A DNA stretch of 63,907 nt, the filler included, from Gemmatimonadota bacterium (GTDB lineage Bacteria > 4572-55 > J002): assembly GCA_003697105.1 (NCBI GenBank). It is 5 parts of 5 records of this genome, joined end to end, with 100 filler letters (N's around TTAATTAATTAA, not from the genome) between each part and the next. Parts side by side here need not be neighbours in the genome. Positions count along the whole stretch, not along the records: positions 17,081 to 26,755 come from RFFQ01000176.1; positions 26,856 to 41,814 come from RFFQ01000177.1; 3 more parts are not named here. One strand, given 5' to 3'. Shown here in pieces: positions 19,329 through 27,135 of this stretch; within the stretch, counting starts at the first letter, position 1, and each line of letters opens with the position of its first letter. Under the pieces are notes generated by a model. That model was not told the origin of the DNA. It worked only from the letters and a program-made list of their open reading frames with translations, and made no database searches. Position numbers and translations under genes: made by a program.

Positions 19329-21584
19329 ATGTTTGGAAAATTAACCTCCCTCAAACAGCAGTTGCGGGTGCATTTTGTCATTTTGGGATTGTTGGTGGCA
19401 CTGGTTGGAAATGGGGTCGTTTGGGTGTATTTGGGGAGTGTGTTGCGCACGTCGGCAGAACAGCAATTGGTAGCCATAAATACGGCAAAAGGGCGGGCAG
19501 TCCATAACTGGTTGGATGAACGCTTGCGGGATGTTCGCACTGTGTCGGAGTTGCCGCTGGTGCGCCGTTACTTGCGCTCTGATCCCGATTCCATTAGCCG
19601 CTATTTTGCCAATCTCAAAACCATTTTTCAAATTTATCAGGAAATTGCGATTTTTTCGACCAAAGGTAGCCCGTTGGCATCCTCGGGTTTGGTGATTTCC
19701 ACCCAAAATAGGGCGCAGATGCCCTACTTTATCCGGGCGATGCAAGGGCAGACCGGCTTTCAGAACATCTATTTTTCCCCCGAATACCAAGCTATACTCC
19801 TCTCTGTTTCCGCACCGATTTATGACCAGCCTCCAGACCCGATTGACCGCCGGACCATCGGGGTGGCTGTGCTTCATGTCCGGCTGGATGACACCCTCTG
19901 GAAAATTTTGACCGACCGCACCGGTTTGGGTGAAACCGGTGAATCGTATCTGGTCAAATATTACAATGACGGAACCCAATTACAGGATACGGAAAATCCA
20001 GTCTTGGCGTCCCCCTCACGGTTTTCGCGAGATTTACTCCGATTGGGCTTCAAAAATCCACAAGACCCGCTGGATTATGTGCTCAATACCGGTCTTCCAC
20101 TGGAAACCGAAGCGGTTAAAGCCGCCCTTTCCGGTAACAGCGGCACCCTGATCAACCGGGACTATCGCGGGAAAAAGGTACTCTCTGCCTACCATTTTAT
20201 TCCCGGGCAACAGGATGACCTACGCTGGGCGCTGATCTCCCAAATCGATCTGGGAGAAGTCCTGGCACCCCGGTGGCGATTGATGTTCAGTTTGATTCTC
20301 ATCGAGGTGATCTTGATTTTCGGTTTGATGATGGTGTTGACCGGTGTATTGCTCCGGCAAATCAAACCGGTGCTGATGTATTTCCGCGGGACGTTGCAAT
20401 CCGCTTTGCGTGGGGAACCGCCCCAGCATGGTGTCCCGCTGCCTCTCGCCCTTCAATTGGATGAATTTCAACCGGTGGTGACTGATACCGACCAACTGTT
20501 GCAAATCCTGAAAACTGCCACCACCGATCAGGCACATTACCGCCAGTTGCAGCACGAAGTCGATCAATTTATAGAGCGATTTTCCCTCCCGTTAGCTGAA
20601 CAGATGAAGTCTGGTACTGCCTTCCATTTCCACCAACTTGAGGGTCTTTCAGCAATCTATCACACGCTCCGGAATACGCTTAAACACGTGCAGGAGGCTC
20701 TCGACCGGTTGCAGAACGAATTGGTACAAACGCATCGTGAAAGTAAGCTTATTGCTGAACGGGTCCAAAAAGATGCTAGCCATCATTTGGAGCAATTTAT
20801 CGAATTGAAACCGGCTTTAAACGCGGTGCATGAGGTGCAAGTCCGCTTAAAAACCGATGTGGAATCCACGGTGCAATTACAACGGGAATTTCAGGAATCT
20901 GTGTTGCGCAATGTGGAAACGATTTCGGAAACGGTTAAGCGCGTCGATCGCTTGTACCAGCAGACTCAAGCGGTGGCACAAACGGCAGAATACCTCGCCG
21001 GGCAGATTCAGCGCCTTGAAGATGGAGTCCAAACCATAGGAGAGATGGCTTCGCAGATTTCCATGCTGGCATTGAATGCCAATATTGAGGCGACTCGTGC
21101 TGGAGAACAGGGGCAAGGGTTTGCCATCGTTGCCGCCAAAATCCAGACCATGGGGGAACGTGCGGTCACGGTTAGCCAAGATATGGTCACTGGCGTGCGC
21201 TCCTTGCAAACCGGTGCCCAAGAGATGAACGAGGCTACCACGGCTCAACAACGGGCGATGGATGAGGCGGTGCAACAAATTGAACGTGCTCAAAGTACAC
21301 TGCATTCCCTCGAAATTCAGACCATTCAGGTGTCAGACCAACTCAAAGCGCACTTAACGGATGTCAAAGTGCAGGAAAACCATGTGAGCACTCTCCGGCA
21401 TCAATTTGAAAGTTTACAGAGCCGCGCCCAGCGCATTAGTTCCGATCTGAAACCGTTACAAGAGTTGTTATCCCAACTGGCACAAAGCATGGCGTATTTT
21501 CAGCAGATCGAGCACCTGTTCCAATCCGAACTGACTTCCCGTACACGTTCAACCAAGTTGGACCCGAATGACACAGATGATTAA
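19329..21584 (+). CDS. methyl-accepting chemotaxis-like receptor with Cache domain, divergent
   Basis: two TM helices, GLGETGESYLV/DYRG Cache motifs; signalling tip ASQISMLALNANIEATRAGEQGQGFAIVA. Confidence 0.85.
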   Translation: MFGKLTSLKQQLRVHFVILGLLVALVGNGVVWVYLGSVLRTSAEQQLVAINTAKGRAVHNWLDERLRDVRTVSELPLVRRYLRSDPDSISRYFANLKTIFQIYQEIAIFSTKGSPLASSGLVISTQNRAQMPYFIRAMQGQTGFQNIYFSPEYQAILLSVSAPIYDQPPDPIDRRTIGVAVLHVRLDDTLWKILTDRTGLGETGESYLVKYYNDGTQLQDTENPVLASPSRFSRDLLRLGFKNPQDPLDYVLNTGLPLETEAVKAALSGNSGTLINRDYRGKKVLSAYHFIPGQQDDLRWALISQIDLGEVLAPRWRLMFSLILIEVILIFGLMMVLTGVLLRQIKPVLMYFRGTLQSALRGEPPQHGVPLPLALQLDEFQPVVTDTDQLLQILKTATTDQAHYRQLQHEVDQFIERFSLPLAEQMKSGTAFHFHQLEGLSAIYHTLRNTLKHVQEALDRLQNELVQTHRESKLIAERVQKDASHHLEQFIELKPALNAVHEVQVRLKTDVESTVQLQREFQESVLRNVETISETVKRVDRLYQQTQAVAQTAEYLAGQIQRLEDGVQTIGEMASQISMLALNANIEATRAGEQGQGFAIVAAKIQTMGERAVTVSQDMVTGVRSLQTGAQEMNEATTAQQRAMDEAVQQIERAQSTLHSLEIQTIQVSDQLKAHLTDVKVQENHVSTLRHQFESLQSRAQRISSDLKPLQELLSQLAQSMAYFQQIEHLFQSELTSRTRSTKLDPNDTDD

Positions 21585-22938
21585 TGCAACCTCCGCTACA
21601 CTAATCCCTTACGCCGCCGGTTTGCCGGATCGGGTGGAAATTCCGAACACCGAATTAGACCGCCTGAGCGAATTGCTGGCGGTACTCCAACTGGATCATG
21701 ACCTTCTGCATCTGGATTTGCATCACTTGCCGGAGGTTTTACCGCGCCAATACCACATTGAACTGCAACGCACGTTGCAAACCCTCAAGCGGCTGCAAGC
21801 TGAAATCCCGCCGGTGGATGTCCGGCGATTACAAGATGCCATTCAGAATTTACAACAGGTTGTGGCAGATTTGGAAGATAATCGTTGCCGATTGCAACGG
21901 CACTCCCAACGTCTTCAGGATCAATTTGCTACCTTGCAAACCCGTTTAGATCGGGTGATGGATGGTTTTCAGGCGTGGCGGGATGTACCGGTACAGGTAC
22001 TTTACGATCAGATGATTCCGCGCATTCACGAATGGGCGGCAGCTTATGGTAAATCCGTGGAGGTGGTAACCCGTGGGGCAGATTTGCACTTAGACCGCGA
22101 AATCGCTAACCATCTACTCCCACCGGCGTTAGAAATAGTGCATAATAGCTTAAAACACGGTATCGAACCCCCCGATGAACGTGAACGTGTCGGCAAACCG
22201 CCGGTGGGGCGGTTGTATTTGGATGCCTTGACGGAAGGGGATTCCGTCTTGTTGGGGGTGGAAGATGATGGACGTGGAATTGACTGTCGCGCCTTGCTCA
22301 AACAGGCATTGGAACGGGGAGCGTTGAGTCGTGCCCAAGCCCGAAGACTCTCACCTACAGACCAACTGCATCTAGTTTACTTGCCGGGAATTTCCTTGAC
22401 CTCGGATGCCGGTCGCGGGCTATTTGATGCGCGCTCCCAATTACAACAATTGCGGGCACTGATCGAGATCGATTCTGAAACCGGTATCGGCACCTCGTTT
22501 ATCATTACGGTGCCCCGTTCGCCGCATACCACAACGGTGTTATTAGTGGATGTGGGTCACCAACGGGTGGGGATTCCGGCAGAAATGGTGCTGGAAGTAA
22601 TGACTCTACCCGCCAACTGGATCAAAAAGACGACCACCGGTAACGTCCTGACACTGGACAACCGGATCATTCCGCTGATCAATCTCCGGCGCTTTTGGGG
22701 ATTTGACGATCTGCCGGAGTCCACCTCGTTAGCCATTGTGATGGTCGGGTTGGGATCCAAACGCACCGCCTTAGTGGTTGACCGGTGGTGTCAGCAACGC
22801 CGGGTGATTGTCCGTCCAAAATCCCCATTTTTGCGCCCGTTAGCCCTCGTCAACAGCTTTGGGATGCTCTCGTCCCAAGAGGTGATCGTCTTACTGGATA
22901 TTCCCGAATTGATTGCACGAAGTTCACTCCATGATTGA
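21568..22938 (+). CDS. cheA: CheA-like protein (dimerisation, HATPase, CheW domains) lacking Hpt
   Basis: HNSLKHGIE.PDER...GKP, EDDGRGID, C-terminal CheW domain; no Hpt motif in the N-terminus. Confidence 0.82.
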   Translation: MTQMINATSATLIPYAAGLPDRVEIPNTELDRLSELLAVLQLDHDLLHLDLHHLPEVLPRQYHIELQRTLQTLKRLQAEIPPVDVRRLQDAIQNLQQVVADLEDNRCRLQRHSQRLQDQFATLQTRLDRVMDGFQAWRDVPVQVLYDQMIPRIHEWAAAYGKSVEVVTRGADLHLDREIANHLLPPALEIVHNSLKHGIEPPDERERVGKPPVGRLYLDALTEGDSVLLGVEDDGRGIDCRALLKQALERGALSRAQARRLSPTDQLHLVYLPGISLTSDAGRGLFDARSQLQQLRALIEIDSETGIGTSFIITVPRSPHTTTVLLVDVGHQRVGIPAEMVLEVMTLPANWIKKTTTGNVLTLDNRIIPLINLRRFWGFDDLPESTSLAIVMVGLGSKRTALVVDRWCQQRRVIVRPKSPFLRPLALVNSFGMLSSQEVIVLLDIPELIARSSLHD

Positions 22939-23527
22939 ATCTGTCCTTATACCGACACCGGCGGAACGGCGCCCCATTCCGCATTTTCGCCAGCACCCAT
23001 CGCTTTCCTCGACTCCGGTTGGAAAAAACCGGCTGACATTGCTCTGCTTTCGTCTGGGAGAGGATGATTATGCGATGACTACCGACCGGTTACTGGCGAG
23101 TATCACTTTGCGCCAATTAGGTGAAACATGGCGGGTCGTGAATTCCAAATTGCCGTTTTTCCGGCATTTTTCGCGGTATCGAACTACGCTCATTCCGTTG
23201 ATCGACCTGCGGCGGCTCTGGAGCATCCCCCACGATGTGTATGATCTGGAAACGCCGATTTTGATCGTGCAACTGCCCCGCTTTAACGCCGGATTTTTCG
23301 TGGATCAGGTATTGAACGACGTGCAAATATTCCGGCAGAACTGTTTTCCGCTCCCCCCGTGGTTATTTGGACGGGAGTCCGCCTATTTTACCGCGATGCT
23401 ATTTTGTGAAGGGCGGTTAACGGCACTTTGTAATGAGCAAACACTCTTGACCATTGCCCAGCAAGATTATATCTATCAAGCACAGCAAACGTTGGCACGC
23501 CGGCAGAAAGCGGTATCTTCCAAATGA
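22931..23527 (+). CDS. CheW-like protein, divergent
   Basis: LLCFRLGEDDYAM, LIPLIDLRR, AGFFVDQV. Confidence 0.75.
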   Translation: MIESVLIPTPAERRPIPHFRQHPSLSSTPVGKNRLTLLCFRLGEDDYAMTTDRLLASITLRQLGETWRVVNSKLPFFRHFSRYRTTLIPLIDLRRLWSIPHDVYDLETPILIVQLPRFNAGFFVDQVLNDVQIFRQNCFPLPPWLFGRESAYFTAMLFCEGRLTALCNEQTLLTIAQQDYIYQAQQTLARRQKAVSSK

Positions 23528-24009
23528 CATATCAAAAATTAAAAGATGGATTTATCGAGCCAGTGACCGAACCCAACCAATATCTGGTTTTCGCAGTAGG
23601 TCACGGTCGATTTTGTTTGCCCCTGATGGCGGTCAGTGAATTGCTCCACGTAGAGAAGCCGCGACGGCTCCCCGGTACGTTGCCCCATGTGATGGGGGTG
23701 ATTGCCCACCGCGAGCGAGTCTTCCCCGTTCTTGACCTGCGGCGGCGCTTGGGTATGAATGTGATCTGGCACTACGCCCAACAAGGGATGTTGCTGGAAG
23801 ACCCCCCTTTAGAATCGCCGTTAATTTTAGTTGTGGACCGGGTGTTTGGCGCGACCACACTACCCCCGGAATGGAGGCATCTGCCCGAACAACCCATCTG
23901 GGGGATTCCTTTAGAATTTATGGAACAGGTGATCCACGCCCCCGATAAAGAAGACCCTATTGTCCAAATTAAATATAATTTGCTTTTTCACCCATCGCAC
24001 TTAAATTAA
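23524..24009 (+). CDS. CheW-like protein
   Basis: QYLVFAVG, LPGTLPHVMGVI..R..VFPVLDLRRRLG, LVVDRV. Confidence 0.8.
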   Translation: MTYQKLKDGFIEPVTEPNQYLVFAVGHGRFCLPLMAVSELLHVEKPRRLPGTLPHVMGVIAHRERVFPVLDLRRRLGMNVIWHYAQQGMLLEDPPLESPLILVVDRVFGATTLPPEWRHLPEQPIWGIPLEFMEQVIHAPDKEDPIVQIKYNLLFHPSHLN

Positions 24010-24018
24010 GAGGGTTGT

Positions 24019-24825
24019 ATGGCGTCATTAGGTGAATTTCTACGAAGTGAGCGGGAATCGCGTAACCGGACCCTAGAAGATATTGCCAAAGCGACACGGA
24101 TTCGTTTGCAATATTTACAGGCAATTGAGCGCGATGACTTTGATCTATTTAGTGCAGAAGCATATCTAAAAGGGTTTTTAATTGCCTATGCCCAGCAATT
24201 GGGGATTCCGCAAAAGGAGATTTTGGAACGATATTACGAAGCACGTCCCTCCCAAAAACCCCCCGCTGCCACGGGTAGCCCGGAAGCATTGATCGAGGAT
24301 GACCGTACGGAAACGCCGCTGGCGGATGTGGGTTACCTCAATACCGGTCTGCCAATGTGGTTGCCCAAAGTGGGAATTGCGGTAGGGGGTGTCTTGGGGG
24401 TGATCGTGTTGATCTTTCTCGTGCGGAGCTGTGTACCGCTAGCGCCGCCCGTTACCCCAGAACCGGCTACCAATACTGTGGCGGATAGCGACCATGCGGC
24501 AGTCCCGGACAGCACCGCACCAGTAACGGTTGATTCCGTGACCACACCAGATAGCGGTGAGGATGTGCCGGATAAAATTTCGTTGCGGCTCAATACGGTG
24601 GATACCACTTGGATGCGCATCCGGGTGGATGATGCCTCTTCTGAAGAACTCATGTTGTATCCGGGAGATACTCGCGAATGGGAAGCAACCCAAAAATTTA
24701 CCTTGAATATCGGTAATATTGATGGTATCCAACTCTGGTTTAATGGCCAGCCGGTGGATTCCATCCCATCGGTCGGAGGGCGGGGTATCAATCCAAATTT
24801 TATTTTGCAAAAACCGGCGCCGTAA
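24019..24825 (+). CDS. rodZ: cytoskeleton protein RodZ (HTH, TM, DUF4115)
   Basis: LGEFLRSERE...TRIRLQYLQAIE...YLKGFL..YA; W.RIRVD...IGN..GIQLWFNG. Confidence 0.88.
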   Translation: MASLGEFLRSERESRNRTLEDIAKATRIRLQYLQAIERDDFDLFSAEAYLKGFLIAYAQQLGIPQKEILERYYEARPSQKPPAATGSPEALIEDDRTETPLADVGYLNTGLPMWLPKVGIAVGGVLGVIVLIFLVRSCVPLAPPVTPEPATNTVADSDHAAVPDSTAPVTVDSVTTPDSGEDVPDKISLRLNTVDTTWMRIRVDDASSEELMLYPGDTREWEATQKFTLNIGNIDGIQLWFNGQPVDSIPSVGGRGINPNFILQKPAP

Positions 24826-24841
24826 AAGGGAGGTTTCTAAA

Positions 24842-25969
24842 ATGCAAAATCTGTTAAACACCGCATTTTTTGGGGTAACGGTCAATGATTACCTGCTATT
24901 TTTCTCGATCTTGCTGTTAGCCCTGATTTTACGCAGTCTGTTTGACCGCTACCTCAGCCGTCTGTTGATGCACTGGGCGCAAAAGACCGAAGCCAAATAT
25001 GACGATATGTTCGTTGATGCCATCACACCGCCGTTGAATGCCCTCTTTATTTCGGTGGGGTTATTGGTAGCGGTTTCCGTGTTGGACTTACCCGTCGGGG
25101 ATGTGGATATCCGGACGTTTGTCCTTCAGGCACTTAAAATCGCCACCTCCATCATTTTTGTTTGGGTTTTTTACCGTTTGTGTGCTCCGGTCACGGAGAT
25201 GCTGCGGGATTTTATGTCCAAATCCGATGGCGATCTAGCGGCACAATTTGCCCCCCTCATGCGGCAAGCCATGCGGGTTTCTGTGGTGGCGATTGGGGGG
25301 ATTTTGATCATCCAAAATCTTGGTTACTCGGTCAGTAGTTTACTGGCAGGTCTGGGCGTAGGGGGGTTGGCGGTTGCTCTGGCGGCACAGGATACCGTGG
25401 CGAACCTATTCGGTACGTTTGTGATGTTCACCGACCGCCCCTTTAAAGTGGGCGACTGGGTGCAGTTTAAGGATGTCGATGGTGACGTGGAAGCGATTGG
25501 GTTTCGTTCCACCAAAGTGCGCACCTGGTCTAAATCCCTGAAGGTTATTCCCAATAAAGTGTTGACCTCCGAGATCATCGAAAATTGGTCAGCCATGCCC
25601 AAGCGCCGGGTCAAAATGACGTTCGGCATCACGTATGATAGCACCCCGGAACAGATCGAGGCATTGATCGCTCGGATTAAAACCTTGCTGAAGACGCACC
25701 CCGGCGTCGATCAAGATTATATGTTGGTCAATTTTACCGGCTTTGGTAGTTCCCAATTGGATATATTCTTATATTATTTTACCGCGACCACCGTTTGGGC
25801 AGAATACATGGAAATCCGGCAAGACATCAATCTTAAAATTATGAAGATTGTGGAGGAGTTGGGTCTGGCGTTTGCCTTCCCCAGCCAATCGGTCTATTTT
25901 GAGAACCCGCTCACCACCCGCATGGAGCAGAATTTCCGTCTCCCAGACGACCCAACCTTGCCCCAATAA
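24842..25969 (+). CDS. MscS-family channel (YnaI-like)
   Basis: LLAGLGVGGLAVALAAQDT.ANLFG, DRPFKVGDW, FAFPSQ; GGGAGG RBS before ATG 24842. Confidence 0.92.
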   Translation: MQNLLNTAFFGVTVNDYLLFFSILLLALILRSLFDRYLSRLLMHWAQKTEAKYDDMFVDAITPPLNALFISVGLLVAVSVLDLPVGDVDIRTFVLQALKIATSIIFVWVFYRLCAPVTEMLRDFMSKSDGDLAAQFAPLMRQAMRVSVVAIGGILIIQNLGYSVSSLLAGLGVGGLAVALAAQDTVANLFGTFVMFTDRPFKVGDWVQFKDVDGDVEAIGFRSTKVRTWSKSLKVIPNKVLTSEIIENWSAMPKRRVKMTFGITYDSTPEQIEALIARIKTLLKTHPGVDQDYMLVNFTGFGSSQLDIFLYYFTATTVWAEYMEIRQDINLKIMKIVEELGLAFAFPSQSVYFENPLTTRMEQNFRLPDDPTLPQ

Positions 25970-26055
25970 CGTCGCGGGGCAATTTTGTTACGCCAGATGG
26001 TGAGGCATCCACCACGCCCCACAGCACTGGCAGACTCTTTAAGCGATAAATACCA

Positions 26056-26280
26056 ATGGATAACCGGAACATCTTACAACATCTGATCACCTCCTTTCAC
26101 CCCAGCAGCCTTATCGCTCTCCTGCGCCGGATCGCCCCTGCTTTTCGTCCGGAAGATACATCCTTTAACCGTTTCATCGCACCTGCTCAACCCACAGGGG
26201 GGTGCACGTCTTCATCTGCTCCAATTCCTGCCGTCTGCCAGCTGGTCTGGGAGCGCATCAGCAAAGCAAGGAGTGTGTAG
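26056..26280 (+). pseudogene. collapsed remnant of a probable type IIG (Eco57I-like) restriction-modification gene
   Basis: fragments resembling an N-terminus (ILQHLITSFHPSSLIALLR...FRP), an internal MTase strand (LLNPQG-VHVFICSNS, frameshifted) and a C-terminus (AVCQLVWERISKARSV*); recalled family resemblance only. Confidence 0.45.
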
Positions 26281-26282
26281 CC

Positions 26283-26755
26283 GTGCCGTACGACCCGGAA
26301 AGACACCACCGGCGCAGCATCCGCCTGAAAGGGTACAATTATGCCCAACCCGGCGCGTATTTTGTGACCATCGTTACCCAGAACCGGGACTGTCTGTTTG
26401 GCGAGGTGGTGGATGGGGAAATGCGATTGAATGCCGCGGGACAAATGGTGCAACGGTGGTGGGACGAATTAAATCGAAAATTCCCCAATGTCCGTACCGA
26501 TGCGTTTGTGGCCATGCCCAACCATATCCACGGTATTATCATCATCCACGCCAATGGGGAAACGGATCGATCTGTAGGGGCGGACCGACGTGTCCGCCCC
26601 GATGGGGGAATGGGCGGACACGCGGTTGATGGGGACGCCAATTGGGACGCACACACCGGTGCGCCTCTACGTATTTGTCCGGATGGGGACGCCAATCGGG
26701 ACGCACACACCGGTGCGCCCCTACGTATTTGTCCGGATGGGGACGCCAATTGGGG
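26283..26755 (+). mobile_element. REP-associated tyrosine transposase (RAYT, IS200-like Y1), truncated by gap
   Basis: YDPERHHRRSIRLKGYNY...YFVTI, HUH motif MPNHIHGI. Confidence 0.9.
26574..26755 (+). repeat. GTAG-type REP palindrome plus 54-bp tandem repeats within the RAYT ORF
   Basis: GTAGGGGCGGAC-N6-GTCCGCCCC at 26574-26600; 54-bp units starting at 26628, 26682 and 26736 (third cut by the gap); the two complete units contain GGGACGCAC..GTGCGCCYCTAC. Confidence 0.85.
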
Positions 26756-26855
26756 NNNNNNNNNNNNNNNNNNNNNNNNNNNNNNNNNNNNNNNNNNNNT
26801 TAATTAATTAANNNNNNNNNNNNNNNNNNNNNNNNNNNNNNNNNNNNNNNNNNNN
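26756..26855. other. artificial contig linker
   Basis: N run with TTAATTAATTAA. Confidence 0.97.
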
Positions 26856-26963
26856 GGGGGTATCCTACCGAATCCAGATAAGCGCGCCGGTTTCCCACAC
26901 GGTTTGGAGGCGCTGGCAAAATTTTTTAGGATGGTGATGGGCGATAAAAAGATAACTGGGGTC

Positions 26964-26993
26964 TTGACAACCCGGTGTGGCCAATGCTATAGT
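26964..26993 (+). promoter_or_regulatory. sigma70-like promoter upstream of priA
   Basis: TTGACA-18 nt-TATAGT with TGn. Confidence 0.55.
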
Positions 26994-27088
26994 GCTTTTG
27001 TAATCCAAGTGCGACGCACTTGAAGCAACCCGCCGGTAGCCCCCCAATCCGCATTATGACGGGGATTTTCGCATTCACGAATGGCTCG

Positions 27089-27135
27089 AACTCCCAAACT
27101 CGTAAAACTCCCAAACTCGTAAAACTCCCAAACTC
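27089..27135 (+). repeat. 17-bp tandem repeat (AAACTCGTAAAACTCCC) ending at the priA ATG
   Basis: AACTCCC AAACTCGT AAAACTCCC AAACTCGT AAAACTCCC AAACTC ATG. Confidence 0.88.

Noticed and set aside
26628-26755. 54-bp repeats as a CRISPR array
   Set aside because: Contiguous tandem units with no unique spacers, inside a transposase ORF, and no cas genes
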